Source: Asticcacaulis sp.
GTDB taxonomy: Bacteria; Pseudomonadota; Alphaproteobacteria; Caulobacterales; Caulobacteraceae
Length of the DNA stretch: 64,000 nt
Assembly: GCA_047605545.1 (NCBI GenBank)
Contig: JASGFL010000003.1
Coordinates: 14,755 to 78,754 of the forward strand
Direction of reading: 5' to 3'
Shown here one piece after another: positions 28,218-36,874 of this stretch. Numbering within the stretch: position 1 is the first letter of the stretch; each line of letters begins with the position of its first letter. Both the position numbers and the translations under genes were made by a program. The notes below the pieces were generated by a model. The model was not told the origin of the DNA. It saw only the letters and a list, made by a program, of their open reading frames with translations, and did not search any database.

Positions 28218-30656
28218 TTATTGTTTTTTATTCCTTATGCACTGGTCAAGAAATTGCGTGACCAGAGTTTCTATCGGGCCGTTTTCCGGCTGGCCCAGAT
28301 TTGACATAGGCAGTCTGAGTACCGGTATTCCGGAGGCCTCAAGCGCCCTGAGAACGAACGGATCGGCGTCATCAATGGCAATGGCGGCATCCACTTTGTT
28401 TGTGCGGGCCTCCTTGACGTGCCAGGCTCCGGCCCATGTCGGCATACGCAGTTCGTCACCCATGGTAATAAAGCGCGCCGCCAGTGAACGCATGGGGTCG
28501 CGTTCATCCGTATGTTCACGAATATAGCCGTCGGCCGCCAGCGCCAGATACATCGACCACACGAAGACCGCGCCGTGGCTGTCCTGCCATTTCTGATAGA
28601 AGGCGGTATCGCTCCACAGGCCGCGCCCGACCCACATCAGCCTCAGACGCTCGGTTTCACAGACCCCCTGACCGGCATCGACGCGGGCCTTGACCTCCTC
28701 ATAGAAAGCCTTGGCCGCATCACGCGCCCAGACCGTGCCCCTGTGCCACTGAGGCACCATGGTGGCAGGCATGGTGTCAACCACACTAACCGGTGCGGGT
28801 ACGGTTTCGGCAATCAGGTCACGCGTGCGGCGGTAATAGCTTTCCTGTGAATTGACCAGATCAAGTATGTCGATGAATTTTTGCGGGTCCCATGTCCGGC
28901 CCGTAGCGGCACTAAGACGCCTGACCATCGCGTTCAGTTCGGCGGTCATCAGATCAAGGCGCTCTGGCTGAAGGGCGGTGTCCCAGTGATCGGGCAGGGC
29001 ATCCCACCAGTTCTCGGGCAAATCCCAGCGTGTTTCGACTGAGCGCTCGTAGATATAAAGGTCGCTGCCGGAGGCTTCGGCCCAGGCATCAAACAACGGA
29101 CGCGTGGCATCACTTTCGGGAACCGTGTGCAGCATGTCAGGCTTGGGCAGTCCGCCCCACGGTGCCTGATCTGCGTCGTCGTCATAAAGGGCGGCCAGTC
29201 CCTGCGCGCTGTAGGGTTCGACATCAGCCGGATGATCATGGGCGGTCAGCAGGGCCGCGTAACGCTTTGATTGGCGTTTGGCGGCAACGATTGAGGCCCA
29301 CCACTGATTGACGACAAAAGGAATATCCAGCGCCCGCAATATCTCCTGAGGGGCATTGGCATTGACCAGTGCAAACGGGCTGCCGGATGCGACGGCGGCC
29401 TGTACGTCAGCGAACCAGCTTTTCTGATAGGCCCCGAAATCAGCGGTGGAGGTCAGAGATTTCTGGCTTCGGGTTTGCGGGGCGCGGGCAGGTCGTGCGG
29501 CGGCTGGCTTTTCAGGCTTGGGTGCAGCGGCATCGACAACAGGTGATATGTCGCTGTTTGATATAGTGGCTGCCGACGGGGCGGCAGCGAAGCTCAGGAC
29601 ATGTGCGGGCAGATCAGAACTGTATCGGGCCGCAAGGAAGGGCACGCCTGTATCGGCACAGGTACGGCCCAGAGGCTTGGCAAGCCACGGGCTGGTTTCA
29701 TCGCCGCTCAGGCTGAGGTGCAGCACGCCGTCGGGCTGATAATGTGCCAGCGTGCGGGCCAGGCTGGACTGCAATGATTTGGCGTCGGAAAAGGCACCGC
29801 CCTTCCATTCGCTGACGCTGTTGAGCAGGCGCTCACGTGGTGGCGTGTCCGAAGCTTTAAGTTCAGGCACGTGCACCAGAGCCTCGGCGACGATGGTGGC
29901 CCCATCGGCCTCTATGGCGGCATAGGCTTCGGGTGGCAGGTCAACCGAACCGCTTAAGACCAGACGCGGGCCGGTGCGGGCGACGGGTAGTGGGCCATCG
30001 GCCCAGCCGCGTAGCAGATCGGCGTAAGCGTCGGCGGGCAGATAATCAGCGGCGCGGCGCGCCAGCGCGGCATCCGTACCCGATATCAGTCCCTGTGCGC
30101 GCCATTCACGGATGGCACGCCCCAGTTTCTGGTGGCTGGCGGCGGTATCAAGGGCCTGCGTAAGATCATCATCGCTAAAAGGTTGGCCCAGATTTGTGCA
30201 CCACGACTCAAGCCGTTCAAGCTGATGCCGGTTATAGGCCTGAGTAGACGGAGTATTCAGACGCAGAAGGTCGCAGAAAATGACCGTGTCTGCGGTCAGA
30301 CCCAGTTCCGGCAATTCACGCAAGGCGGCAAAAAGCTGAACCTGAATGGCGGCGCTGTGCGACAGGATCAGGCCGCTTAAAGGGGCCGTATGCGTCAGAC
30401 CGTCACTGATCTGCTGCAACAGGCTGCGGCCCTGCCAGCTTAAGGTAATCCCAAGGCCGCGTGCGTCGGCGAAGGGCGTCGGCTGACCGGTAATCGGCCT
30501 CAGTCTGACCGGTGTCAGTCCCGCAGCCCGTATCAGAGGAAAGGGGAGGTCATCCCCGATACAGGCCACGACCCGCGCCCCTGAGGCCGTCAGGCGGGTA
30601 AGGGCGGCGGTCAGGCCCGCGTTAATGATGTCACGTGCCGTATCCGCCGGTGTCAT
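28218..30656 (-). CDS. Fused two-domain 2-hydroxyacyl-CoA dehydratase (HGD-D/FldBC/BcrBC)-like protein, 812 aa, Fe-S cysteines apparently absent
   Basis: Domain 1 is beta-like (LPFPLIRAAGLTPVRL, RLVLSGS, PDGVL, GVPFL). An Ala/Pro/Ser linker lies at about aa 355-400. Domain 2 is alpha-like (PQEILRALDIP, GGLPKPD, TGRTWD, ERLRLMW, GAVFV, DPMRSLA, GIPVL). Confidence 0.72.
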   Translation of the reverse strand: MTPADTARDIINAGLTAALTRLTASGARVVACIGDDLPFPLIRAAGLTPVRLRPITGQPTPFADARGLGITLSWQGRSLLQQISDGLTHTAPLSGLILSHSAAIQVQLFAALRELPELGLTADTVIFCDLLRLNTPSTQAYNRHQLERLESWCTNLGQPFSDDDLTQALDTAASHQKLGRAIREWRAQGLISGTDAALARRAADYLPADAYADLLRGWADGPLPVARTGPRLVLSGSVDLPPEAYAAIEADGATIVAEALVHVPELKASDTPPRERLLNSVSEWKGGAFSDAKSLQSSLARTLAHYQPDGVLHLSLSGDETSPWLAKPLGRTCADTGVPFLAARYSSDLPAHVLSFAAAPSAATISNSDISPVVDAAAPKPEKPAAARPARAPQTRSQKSLTSTADFGAYQKSWFADVQAAVASGSPFALVNANAPQEILRALDIPFVVNQWWASIVAAKRQSKRYAALLTAHDHPADVEPYSAQGLAALYDDDADQAPWGGLPKPDMLHTVPESDATRPLFDAWAEASGSDLYIYERSVETRWDLPENWWDALPDHWDTALQPERLDLMTAELNAMVRRLSAATGRTWDPQKFIDILDLVNSQESYYRRTRDLIAETVPAPVSVVDTMPATMVPQWHRGTVWARDAAKAFYEEVKARVDAGQGVCETERLRLMWVGRGLWSDTAFYQKWQDSHGAVFVWSMYLALAADGYIREHTDERDPMRSLAARFITMGDELRMPTWAGAWHVKEARTNKVDAAIAIDDADPFVLRALEASGIPVLRLPMSNLGQPENGPIETLVTQFLDQCIRNKKQ

Positions 30657-31927
30657 TATATGGCTCCCGCAGCCTTGAGTTCGGCAATGCGTTCGGGGCT
30701 GTAGTTCAGAAGGTCGGTATAGACGCGGTCATTATGTTCACCGATATGAACCGGCAGGACATCATCGAAACCGGTGCGGCTGTCCGAAAACCGGATCGGG
30801 ACGCCTGCGGTGCGCAGCTGATCATCGACCTCATAATAGGGGTGGCGGGTTTGCTCGGTTTCACCACGGGCAATAACGCGCGGATCCTTAAGGGCGTCTT
30901 CAGGGGTGCGCACCGGTGCCACGGGCACGCCTTCGGCCTCAAGGGCGGCCACGGCTTCGGCAACCGTGATCTGGCTCGACCAGGCGGTGATGCGTTCTTC
31001 AAGCGGCTGGAAATTGGCCACACGTGCGTCACGGCGGGCATAGCGTTCATCCGCCAGAAGGTCTTCGGCCCCCATGGCCCGCATCAGCCCTTCGGCCAGC
31101 GGATCGTGGGTCGCCACAATGGCAATATAGCCGTCGCTGCACTTAAAGACGCCAAAAGGCGACAGGCGCTGTACCGTCAAGCCAGTACGGCGCGGCATGC
31201 CGGACAGGCGCATGGCCCGCCAGTTTTCAATGGCCACGAACGAGGTCAGTGCCCCCAGCATAGAGACATCGACCTTCTGGCCGACACCGGTTTTGTGACG
31301 CTGTTCAATTGCCGCCAGAATACCGATAACGCTGAAGACAGGGGCCAGCATGTCGGCCATAGGGATGCCCATGCGCACCGGCGGGGTGCCGGTTTCACCG
31401 CTGGCGTACATGGCACCGCTCAGGGCCTGAATGATCACATCCATTGCCTTGGTGCCTTCGTCCACACCCTGACCGAAACCGCTGAGGGCGCAATAGACGA
31501 CGCGGGGATTAATGGCGTGTACGGCCTCATAACCGATGCCAAGGCGGTCGGCCGTGCCGCTGGTGAAATTTTCAATGACGATATCGGCGCTGCGCACCAG
31601 ATCGGCAAAAACATCCAGAGCGCCGGGGCGCTTGAAGTTCAGCGAAATGCCGTATTTACCGCGTGCGCGCGACAGGTGTGAAACCGAGACATCGTCATCA
31701 TGCACCTTTTGCACCACCACGCCGTCACGGCCAATATAAGGACTGTTTTCACGCGCCAGATCGCCGTGGCGAGGGTCTTCGACCTTAATGACCTCTGCGC
31801 CGAGGCCTGCCAGAAGAAGCGTGGCATAGGGGCCGGCAAGGGCGCGCGTCAGGTCGATAACTCTCAGGCCTTCGAGTGGGCGCGCAAGGGCTTCCCCGGT
31901 CGTGGTGCCAGATGGCTGAGTGTCCAT
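30656..31927 (-). CDS. Family III CoA-transferase (CaiB/BaiF)
   Basis: LEGLRVIDLTRALAGPY, GAEVIKVE, ADIVIENF, YCALSGFG, catalytic Asp in AMDVIIQALSG, GVPIRFS, IGEHN. Its stop overlaps the next start (TAATG). Confidence 0.93.
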   Translation of the reverse strand: MDTQPSGTTTGEALARPLEGLRVIDLTRALAGPYATLLLAGLGAEVIKVEDPRHGDLARENSPYIGRDGVVVQKVHDDDVSVSHLSRARGKYGISLNFKRPGALDVFADLVRSADIVIENFTSGTADRLGIGYEAVHAINPRVVYCALSGFGQGVDEGTKAMDVIIQALSGAMYASGETGTPPVRMGIPMADMLAPVFSVIGILAAIEQRHKTGVGQKVDVSMLGALTSFVAIENWRAMRLSGMPRRTGLTVQRLSPFGVFKCSDGYIAIVATHDPLAEGLMRAMGAEDLLADERYARRDARVANFQPLEERITAWSSQITVAEAVAALEAEGVPVAPVRTPEDALKDPRVIARGETEQTRHPYYEVDDQLRTAGVPIRFSDSRTGFDDVLPVHIGEHNDRVYTDLLNYSPERIAELKAAGAI

Positions 31928-31959
31928 ATTGTGTCGTCCCTGAGGTAAGTGTGTTGTGT

Positions 31960-31987
31960 AAATATAATTGCATTATTCATCTAATAT
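31960..31987. promoter_or_regulatory. Candidate operator upstream of the CoA-transferase
   Basis: AAATATAATTG-CATTATTC-ATCTAATAT shares both blocks with 8620-8650 and contains the palindrome ATAAT-TGC-ATTAT. Confidence 0.45.
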
Positions 31988-32117
31988 CTGGCGCGCGTCA
32001 ATAGGGGGTTTTTTGAAAAAAGGCGATATTTTGAGCAATTATCATCATTTTGCGGTGCAAAATAAGCGGGAACTGCGTATTCTGAACGAAAGATTAAGTT
32101 GGTTTACGGAAATTTGC

Positions 32118-32144
32118 TTGACACATTAAATTTATTCCTACAAC
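32118..32144 (+). promoter_or_regulatory. Housekeeping-sigma promoter of TBDR-2
   Basis: TTGACAC-N12-CCTACAAC fits the Caulobacter consensus TTGaCgS-N11-14-GCtANAWC. Confidence 0.55.
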
Positions 32145-32231
32145 TATTATACCCAAGAACAGGGTGTCGGTCGTGATCGTGAACCCTGCGATAAGGTCAA
32201 GAGATGAGAAACGTTCCTGGAGGTATATTCT

Positions 32232-34910
32232 ATGCGGTATATTAATCGCGCAATGCCCGTCCGTGCCCTGTTGGCAACGGTCGCCCTGACTGCCCTGTCC
32301 GCCGGCGTGGCAAGCGCCCAGCAGTCAGATGAGAGTGAATCAGCGTCAGATGCCAATGTAACCGAAGTCGTGGTGACCGGAAGCCGTATTCGCGGCGTGG
32401 CCCCCGTGGGTTCGAACCTGATTTCCGTAACGCGTGACGAGTTTACCAAATCCGCAGCCGTGTCCACGGCCGAGCTGTTTAAGGATGTGCCTCAGGCGAT
32501 CAATATTGGTGTCAATGAAACCAACCGCGGCGCACAGGGTGGTTCGGGTAACATTACCTATGTGAACTCGGTTAACCTACGCGGTATCGGGCCATCGGCG
32601 ACCCTGACGCTTCTGGACGGGCACCGCCTGCCGGGCAGCGGCACCGGCGGCGCCTATTCTGATACGTCGGTGGTGCCTATTCTGGCGCTGCGCCGTATGG
32701 AAATTATTGCTGACGGTGCGTCGGCTATCTACGGTTCGGACGCTGTGGCCGGTGTGGTCAACCTGATCCTGCGTCGTGACCTGAATGGCGTTGAAGCCAA
32801 TGCCCGTTATGGCGTTGCTGACGGCTATGATACGCGTCAGTTCGGTGTCGCTGCCGGTAAGACCTGGAGCACAGGTCAGTTCATGGCGACTTTTGAACAC
32901 AGCTATCACTCGGCCCTGCGCAGCCGTGACCGTGACTTCATCGTCTCTGATCAGCGCGAAATGGGCGGGCCTGACTTCCGTGTCACCAACTGTAATCCGG
33001 GTAACATCATTCAGGGCGGCGTCAGCTATGCCATACCTGAAGGCGGCATCACGGCGGGCAATGCCGGTTCGCTGGTGGGCGGTACGTCCAACCGCTGCGA
33101 TCTGGGACAATATGTTGATGTTATTCCTGAAATCGAAAAGAACGGTCTGGTTCTTACCTTTACGCAGGAACTGGCACCCGGTCTGAAGATTGTCGGTGAC
33201 GCCTTCTATTACAAGCGCGAATTCCTGCGCAATGTAGCGACCTCGGCTCAGGTGCTGACGGTGCCGCGCAGCAACGCGTTCTTTGTCGATCCGACCGGTA
33301 CCAACCCGGCGTCGCATCAGGTTCAATATTACTTCGGTAAGGACTATGGTCTGACCACGCCTAACCTTGGGGAATCCGAAACCTATCAGGGGACTGTGGC
33401 CCTGCACATGGACTTCAACGCCGACTGGAAAGGCGAAGTCAGCTATTCGGCAGGCTATAACAAGGACACGGCCTATAACTACGGCATTTACGCGGCGGGT
33501 CTGACGGCGGCTCTGGCCTCAAGCAATACGGCTACCGCCTTTAACCCTTATGGCGGCACCAATTCTCAGGCCGTGATTGACACCTTTGCCAACGGCTATG
33601 TCAGCCTTGGTGCGATTGGTGGCACCGGACATCGCCAACTGCAGTTCAAGACGGATGGCCCGCTGTTCAGCCTGCCTGCCGGTCAGGTACGTCTGGCTCT
33701 GGGTGTTGAGCACATCACCCTGACCAACAAGAACGGTTCCTATACGGGCTGGGATGATGCCCTGACCGGACGGGCCAATGACCTGTCGCGTAACATCAAG
33801 TCGGGTTATTTCGAAGTCCTGATCCCTGTGTTCAGCGAAGCTAATGCTATTCCCGGCTTCCGCCGTCTGGATATCAATATTGCCGGTCGTTACGACGAAT
33901 ATAGTGACGTTGGTGCAACCCGTAATCCTAAGGTCGGGATCAACTGGGTGCCAGTTAACGGCCTGACCCTGACCGGTTCCTATGGTACGTCCTTCCGTGC
34001 GCCGAACCTTGGAAGCCTTGTGTCATCCAATCCGGCTCTGACGGTGCAGAACTTTGTCGATCCTGAATCTTCGACCGGTTACACGCAGGGCTATGCCTGG
34101 AGCGAAGGCAATCCGAACCTGAAGCCGGAAACGGCGGAAACATGGTCGGTGGGTGCGGATATCCGTCCGCCTGCATTGCCCGGCCTCGGGATCACGGTCA
34201 GCTACTTTAACGTCAAGTACGAGAACCAGATTTCCAACCTTCTGGGTAACCTGACGGCGCTGCAGTATCCAGACATCTACGGCGACTATATTATCCGCAA
34301 CCCGTCTCAGGCTCTGGTGGATGAACTGACCGGTCGCCTGCGTATCTCCGGCGTGCCTTTGACGACAGTTCCGGTTATTGTTGATGCACGTTCGGCCAAT
34401 ATGGGCGTGACGGAAATCGACGGTGTTGACTTCAATGTCCGCTATAACTTCAGCACCGATAACTATGGTGACTTCCGCGTCGGCGTGAACGGTATCTGGT
34501 ACAACAGCTATAAGGTGGCTCAGACCCCAACCGCCGATCTGGTGGAACGTCTTGGTCTTCTGAACTATCCGGTGGAATACCGTCTGCGCGCCAATGCCAC
34601 ATGGACCTATGGCGATCTGACGACGACCGCCTATGTCAGCCATGTGCCGTCCTATAAGAACGACAGCGTCAATCCGGCGCAAACGGTCGATAGCTGGACG
34701 ACGGCTGATCTCAACCTGTCCTATGCCCCTGCACACTGGGAAGGCATTCTGGGCGGCACGACGCTTGATGTGAACATCACCAACCTGTTCGATCAGGATC
34801 CGCCCTATGCGGCGCTGGCCCCAAGCACCAACCAGAGCGGTGGCTTTGACGTGCAAAATGCCAACCCGCTGGGTCGCCTGATTACCTTCGGTATTACCAA
34901 GCGCTTCTGA
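32232..34910 (+). CDS. TonB-dependent receptor (TBDR-2), 892 aa, paralog of TBDR-1
   Basis: GGAGG ribosome-binding site, signal peptide, VTEVVVTGSRIRGVA, NLRGIGPSATLTLLDG, ADGASAIYGSDAVAGVVNLI, C-terminal NLFDQDPP...ITKRF. Confidence 0.95.
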   Translation: MRYINRAMPVRALLATVALTALSAGVASAQQSDESESASDANVTEVVVTGSRIRGVAPVGSNLISVTRDEFTKSAAVSTAELFKDVPQAINIGVNETNRGAQGGSGNITYVNSVNLRGIGPSATLTLLDGHRLPGSGTGGAYSDTSVVPILALRRMEIIADGASAIYGSDAVAGVVNLILRRDLNGVEANARYGVADGYDTRQFGVAAGKTWSTGQFMATFEHSYHSALRSRDRDFIVSDQREMGGPDFRVTNCNPGNIIQGGVSYAIPEGGITAGNAGSLVGGTSNRCDLGQYVDVIPEIEKNGLVLTFTQELAPGLKIVGDAFYYKREFLRNVATSAQVLTVPRSNAFFVDPTGTNPASHQVQYYFGKDYGLTTPNLGESETYQGTVALHMDFNADWKGEVSYSAGYNKDTAYNYGIYAAGLTAALASSNTATAFNPYGGTNSQAVIDTFANGYVSLGAIGGTGHRQLQFKTDGPLFSLPAGQVRLALGVEHITLTNKNGSYTGWDDALTGRANDLSRNIKSGYFEVLIPVFSEANAIPGFRRLDINIAGRYDEYSDVGATRNPKVGINWVPVNGLTLTGSYGTSFRAPNLGSLVSSNPALTVQNFVDPESSTGYTQGYAWSEGNPNLKPETAETWSVGADIRPPALPGLGITVSYFNVKYENQISNLLGNLTALQYPDIYGDYIIRNPSQALVDELTGRLRISGVPLTTVPVIVDARSANMGVTEIDGVDFNVRYNFSTDNYGDFRVGVNGIWYNSYKVAQTPTADLVERLGLLNYPVEYRLRANATWTYGDLTTTAYVSHVPSYKNDSVNPAQTVDSWTTADLNLSYAPAHWEGILGGTTLDVNITNLFDQDPPYAALAPSTNQSGGFDVQNANPLGRLITFGITKRF

Positions 34911-34917
34911 TAGAGTA

Positions 34918-34956
34918 AAAAACCTCTCGTACCTTAACCGGCCGCGAGAGGTTTTT
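34918..34956 (+). terminator. Stem-loop terminator/attenuator after TBDR-2
   Basis: AAAAACCTCTCG / CGAGAGGTTTTT. Confidence 0.7.
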
Positions 34957-35032
34957 ATCTTCGGCCGGAAAACCGGTCACACGGTTCTTGAATAAATATA
35001 ACGCATCGTAAGCGTACTCAGGGAAAACGACA

Positions 35033-36874
35033 ATGAAGTCTGCCGGTATGGGTCTGTTCATGGGGGTGGCTGTTGCGACCCTGACTTTGCCTTTCGCCGC
35101 TGTGGCCAAGCCCGGCGAATATGCGGCAACGCCACAATATAACAGTTTCGTTCGCACCACTGAACTGGTGGAGGTGCGCGACGGGGTGCGTCTGGCGGCA
35201 ACGGTTTATCGGCCGGCAATCAATGGCGTGGCGGTCGATAAGCCCCTGCCGGTGCTTTTCAACCTCACCCCCTATCTGTCACGGCGCATTGATGCGGACG
35301 GCAAGATCACAGGCTCGATCGAGGTCGAGAACCGCCGTAACCGTCCGTTCGCGCAACTTACCTATTATGGCTATGTGGTGGTGGTTGCCGATGTACGCGG
35401 CAAGGGCTCATCGTTTGGCACGCGCTGGGCCTATGCCGATCAGCACGAAGGCGAAGACGGCCACGATCTGGTACAGTGGATGGGCAAGCAGGGCTGGTCC
35501 GACGGTAAGGTCGGCATGTTCGGTTGTTCCTATGTCGGTGGAACCCAGTGGGCCACGGCGCGTAACACGCCTTCGCACCTAAAAGCGATTTTCCCGCAGG
35601 CAGCGCAATTCGACAGCTATCGCAATGTGCGGCGCGGCGGCATTTCCGGTCAGTACAATACCCGTCCGCAGAAGATCGACGAAGACTTCCCTACGGCTCC
35701 GGTCGATATTGATAAGGACGGCAGCCTGAAGGCGGCGGCGCTGAAACAACATGAGGCCAATGGCCAGATGATGGATCTGGTGTCGTCTCTGGTCAATCGT
35801 GACGACCGGACGGACAAGGATATATTGTACTGGGCCTTGTCATCGCCCTATCCGAAGATCGAAGACATGCGCAAGGCGGGCATTTCGGTCTATCTGTGGG
35901 GTAACTGGCGCGATGAGCCGGTCGATCAGGCCTATATTGCCTATGAGAATATGAAGGATGGCACGGGTCTGACCAAGATGATTGTCGGGCCGGGCGACCA
36001 CTGCGATACGGACACCATCGACTCGTTCAATGAGCATCTGCGTTACTTTGATTACACCCTTAAGGGCATTGAAAACGGCATCGCCAGCGAACCGCCGATC
36101 TATTACAAGACCATAGGTCTGCCCGAAGATCAGGCGTGGCGTTTTGCCGATGATCTGCCGCTGAATGACGCTCCGGCAACGCGGTTCTATCTGGGGCCAA
36201 AGGCAAGCCTCAGCCAGACAATCGCCTCAAAGCCTGCCTTTGATCGCTATAATGTGACCTATCGCGTCGGCTGTCAGCCACCGGCCTTTGCGCGTGGGAC
36301 ATCGATGATGACCTTCACGCCGTCAGACAGTGACGAACTGCCCGAACCGGGCATGTGGCCATGCGTCAATTCGCAGGCCGCGAAGCTTTATGAAACCAAG
36401 GCCATGCCCGAAGATATGTGGCTGTCCGGTTTTTCGATTGTCAGCCTGACGCTGAAAAGCTCGGCCCCTGAAGCCTATGTTTTTGCCTATCTGGAAAAGG
36501 TTGCGCCTGACGGTAAGGCTGAGATTATCGGCCACGGACGTTTGCTGGGGTCGCAACGCGCTCTTGGTGAAGCGCCCTATAAAAATCTTGGGCTGCCCTG
36601 GCATCCGTTCAGCCGCGACACCCATGAAGCTGTGCCGGTCAATGAGCCGGTCAACCTGACCTTTGAGCTTAATCCGACTTCGGAAGTCATCCCCAAAGGC
36701 CACAAATTGCGCCTGTCGTTCACCGGCGTCGATCAGCGTCAGCGCAACTGGAAGGCGCTGCGGATCGATCCGGCACCGGTCTGGGATATTGCCGTTGGCG
36801 GTAAGGACGGCTCCTATATTGATATGAAACTGGTCTCGGCCAAACAACTGACGAAGGGAACGGCCAATGACTAA
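35033..36874 (+). CDS. Secreted CocE/NonD-family serine hydrolase (CocE-3)
   Basis: Signal peptide, RDGVRLAATVYRP, LTPY, DVRGKGSSFG, WSDGKVGMFGCSYVG, GNWRD, GPGDHC. Confidence 0.88.
   Translation: MKSAGMGLFMGVAVATLTLPFAAVAKPGEYAATPQYNSFVRTTELVEVRDGVRLAATVYRPAINGVAVDKPLPVLFNLTPYLSRRIDADGKITGSIEVENRRNRPFAQLTYYGYVVVVADVRGKGSSFGTRWAYADQHEGEDGHDLVQWMGKQGWSDGKVGMFGCSYVGGTQWATARNTPSHLKAIFPQAAQFDSYRNVRRGGISGQYNTRPQKIDEDFPTAPVDIDKDGSLKAAALKQHEANGQMMDLVSSLVNRDDRTDKDILYWALSSPYPKIEDMRKAGISVYLWGNWRDEPVDQAYIAYENMKDGTGLTKMIVGPGDHCDTDTIDSFNEHLRYFDYTLKGIENGIASEPPIYYKTIGLPEDQAWRFADDLPLNDAPATRFYLGPKASLSQTIASKPAFDRYNVTYRVGCQPPAFARGTSMMTFTPSDSDELPEPGMWPCVNSQAAKLYETKAMPEDMWLSGFSIVSLTLKSSAPEAYVFAYLEKVAPDGKAEIIGHGRLLGSQRALGEAPYKNLGLPWHPFSRDTHEAVPVNEPVNLTFELNPTSEVIPKGHKLRLSFTGVDQRQRNWKALRIDPAPVWDIAVGGKDGSYIDMKLVSAKQLTKGTAND

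Noticed and set aside
29420-29600. Dehydratase-like fusion as an artefact of a lost stop codon
   Set aside because: The junction is a roughly 45-aa Ala/Pro/Ser/Lys linker typical of genuine domain linkers, and no ribosome-binding-site/ATG pair for a second gene is evident.
30635-31681. 348-aa plus-strand ORF
   Set aside because: Antisense to the clearly recognisable CoA-transferase.
32577-34856. Two roughly 277-aa minus-strand ORFs
   Set aside because: Antisense shadows of TBDR-2.
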